DNA of 41,429 bases from positions 1 through 41,429 of the forward strand of contig DATLBY010000015.1 in the NCBI GenBank assembly GCA_035526665.1. The letters run 5' to 3'. The stretch is from Bryobacteraceae bacterium. Lineage in GTDB: Bacteria > Acidobacteriota > Terriglobia > Bryobacterales > Bryobacteraceae. The translations under genes were made by a program, and so were the position numbers. The notes beneath the pieces were generated by a model that saw nothing but the letters and a program-made list of their open reading frames with translations, was not told where the DNA came from and did no database searches. Of this stretch, positions 40,005 through 41,429 are shown piece by piece. Position 1 is the stretch's first letter. Each line of letters begins with the position of its first letter.

Positions 40005-40449
40005 CAAGCCGAACGGGCTGTCGGGATATGCCTCGCCGGTCCAGCCAAATGGATCAATGCAAAGGAACACCGCCGTGAACGCGGCTCGCTCTGCTTTTCG
40101 GCAGACTTTTGGAGACTATGTGTACTTTTTGGCCGTTCAGCCACCGCCCCCGCCCAAGCCTCGACGCCGAAGGTTCAGTACTTTCAGGGTTCGCAAGACC
40201 CAGAACAGGAGCAATGAGCGATGAGGTTGGTACTCAAGGCAGCGATGATTGGCTGCGGGCTCACGGCCAGTCCGCTGGGCCTGGCATCACTTCCAACGGA
40301 ATCGAAGGCAGTTCAGGGCTTGCATACGGTCAGCAGCTACCTGCTTACGCCAGGGGTTACGCTTTGTTTGATCTTCAACCCCTGGCGCGTATATGAGTCA
40401 ACTTCGCGCTCATGTTTTTTTCCAAATGACCCCTCGCCTTGGCAGGGGT

Positions 40450-40697
40450 TCAGCGGTAGATGTCTTTACGGTCTCCGACGCGATGGACGGTGATGGTGTC
40501 TTCGGTCTCATCGAAGAGCACGCGGTAGTTGCCGGCGCGAAGGCGGAGCAGCCCGTCGAAGCCGCCTGTCAGTGGTTTGACGTTTCCCCGGCCGGTCGCT
40601 GCGTAATGGTGGAGGCTTTGCAGAATGCGCAGAGCCGTCTGCTGATCGATGGCGCGCACTTCTTCCGGAACATTCGGCTGAAGCGGATTTTCTTCAC
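40450..40697 (-). pseudogene. RelE/ParE family toxin, apparently frameshifted near its 5' end
   Basis: The intact piece 40450-40659 reads RAIDQQTALRILQSL...GLLRLRAGNYRVLFDE...ITVHRVGDRKDIY. The expected first strand (V)KKIRFS is encoded from GTG 40697 in another frame. Restoring one C in AGCCG (40675-40679) would join them as KKIRFSPNVPEEVRAIDQQ. Confidence 0.6.
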
Positions 40698-40705
40698 ACG
40701 GTCTT

Positions 40706-40954
40706 CTATTCGCCTTTGTAGTTGCGGATCTGGTCCATGGTGAAGCCGCATTCAGCGACTACCTGCTCGAAGGGAACACCGCCCTCGGGGTTCTGCCGGA
40801 AATATTCGCGCGAAGCGGCGACGGCGCGGCGCTCCTCTCCGGTTAGCTGTTCGTCATCGGGGTGCACCATGGTTTCCAGCAGATGAACCACGGCTGCTAG
40901 CTGGCCGGGGCCGAGCTGGTCGAGCAACTGATGGGCATGTTCTTTATCTGGCAT
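40706..40954 (-). CDS. putative antitoxin, cognate partner of the RelE/ParE toxin
   Basis: An 82-aa acidic ORF directly upstream of the toxin on the same strand. Its layout is typical of antitoxins paired with RelE/ParE. I did not recognise a named family. Confidence 0.6.
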   Translation of the reverse strand: MPDKEHAHQLLDQLGPGQLAAVVHLLETMVHPDDEQLTGEERRAVAASREYFRQNPEGGVPFEQVVAECGFTMDQIRNYKGE

Positions 40955-40959
40955 GGTGG

Positions 40960-41238
40960 TTAAACCCTCTTGGCGCCTTTCCGACGCTGGCCGCTGACGG
41001 CGACTAACGAATGAATCAGCCGGACGACGGCCTTCTGGTCACGCTCGGGCAGGGTCGAGACCAGCTGAAATCTCTTCCACATGCGCCGGGCCCCGGAATC
41101 GTCGTGGAGGCGCTCAATCTTGAGCGCCTTGACGCCTAGCAGTTCCTCCGTGGTGACCCCGAGTGCCTTGGCCTGCGTGAAACTCCCGGGTAGGCGTTCG
41201 ACAGCCCTTCCGTATAACGTATGCTCCCAGAGGCGGTC
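40960..41238 (-). pseudogene. decayed XRE-type helix-turn-helix regulator remnant
   Basis: A stop-to-stop open frame reads ...AKALGVTTEELLGVKALKIERLHDDSGARRMWKRFQLVSTLPERDQKAVVRLIHSLVA, which resembles an XRE C-terminal half. It has no usable start codon, the N-terminal HTH part appears shifted into another frame, and it ends 5 nt before the antitoxin ATG. Confidence 0.35.
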
Positions 41239-41320
41239 TTACGAGGTCAAGTGACTTCAGGATCGAGTTATCGGCTATCCGGCCTTCGGCCACAGTGTCG
41301 CCCGGCGCACCCGCACTCTC

Positions 41321-41374
41321 ATCCCATTCTGCCGCTATTCTGTTAAAGACAAATGAAGCCTGCCACGCGCATGG
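41321..41374 (+). repeat. direct repeat copy 2 (54 bp)
   Basis: ATCCCATTCTGCCGCTATTCTGTTAAAGACAAATGAAGCCTGCCACGCGCATGG. An ORF starting inside it (ATG 41353) stays open to the window end. Confidence 0.9.
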
Positions 41375-41429
41375 AAGTAAAGAATTCACAGAAGCTCGTC
41401 AGCGCTCTGCGGAAGGGAATCGAAGAGTT

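Larger units (their letters stand above)
40005..41320. mobile_element. putative remnant of an integrated or duplicated segment, bounded by the 54-bp direct repeats
   Basis: The interval holds only a toxin-antitoxin pair, a decayed XRE-like gene and about 445 bp with no convincing ORF. No recombinase gene is visible. Confidence 0.3.

Noticed and set aside
41114-41389. 91-aa minus-strand ORF as a real gene
   Set aside because: It starts inside the direct repeat and has an odd composition. The XRE-like similarity lies in a different frame, so it is better explained as a by-product of a decayed regulator gene.
1-41429. CRISPR arrays, rRNA or tRNA genes, IS elements, integrases
   Set aside because: I saw no regularly spaced short repeats, no transposase or recombinase-like ORFs and no rRNA-like segments. 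The only repeat family found is the 54-bp pair.

Overview
High-GC bacterial chromosomal window. The gene content looks Acidobacteriota-like (an inference): three ~1100-aa TonB-dependent receptors with carboxypeptidase-regulatory-like N-termini, a DUF1080 protein and Tat-signal TIM-barrel enzymes. Most of it is ordinary housekeeping and envelope genes: the tex 3' end, a secreted alpha/beta hydrolase, an M13 peptidase, a SurA-like PPIase, a YhaM-like HD/OB protein, a BlaI-family repressor, a HAD hydrolase, an MFS transporter, ffs-dnaX-ybaB-recR, DUF4126, mtaB, DUF1080, ndh and an M50/CBS protease.

Five regions deserve a second look.
- 39951-41374: two 54-bp direct repeats bracket a 1.3-kb cassette holding a decayed XRE-like gene, an antitoxin and a frameshifted RelE/ParE toxin. 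The repeats also duplicate the 5' end of a gene that runs off the window.
- 31478-37333: a translationally coupled four-gene ligase-associated DNA damage response operon (MBL exonuclease, ATP-dependent ligase, DEXH helicase, PdeM).
- 22077-31432: a sugar-acid locus in which a UxuA-type and a ManD-type dehydratase both carry twin-arginine signal-like N-termini, followed by two tandem TonB-dependent receptors.
- 17931-18942: an isolated fliM with a sigma-28-like promoter.
- Several gene lesions: an amber codon in tex, two frameshifts in a TonB-dependent receptor, and one frameshift in relE. These are either real decay or assembly error.

I saw no CRISPR array, rRNA, tRNA, integrase or transposase. 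Nothing here can be shown to be a new system from sequence alone. All family calls rest on motif recognition by eye, not on database searches.
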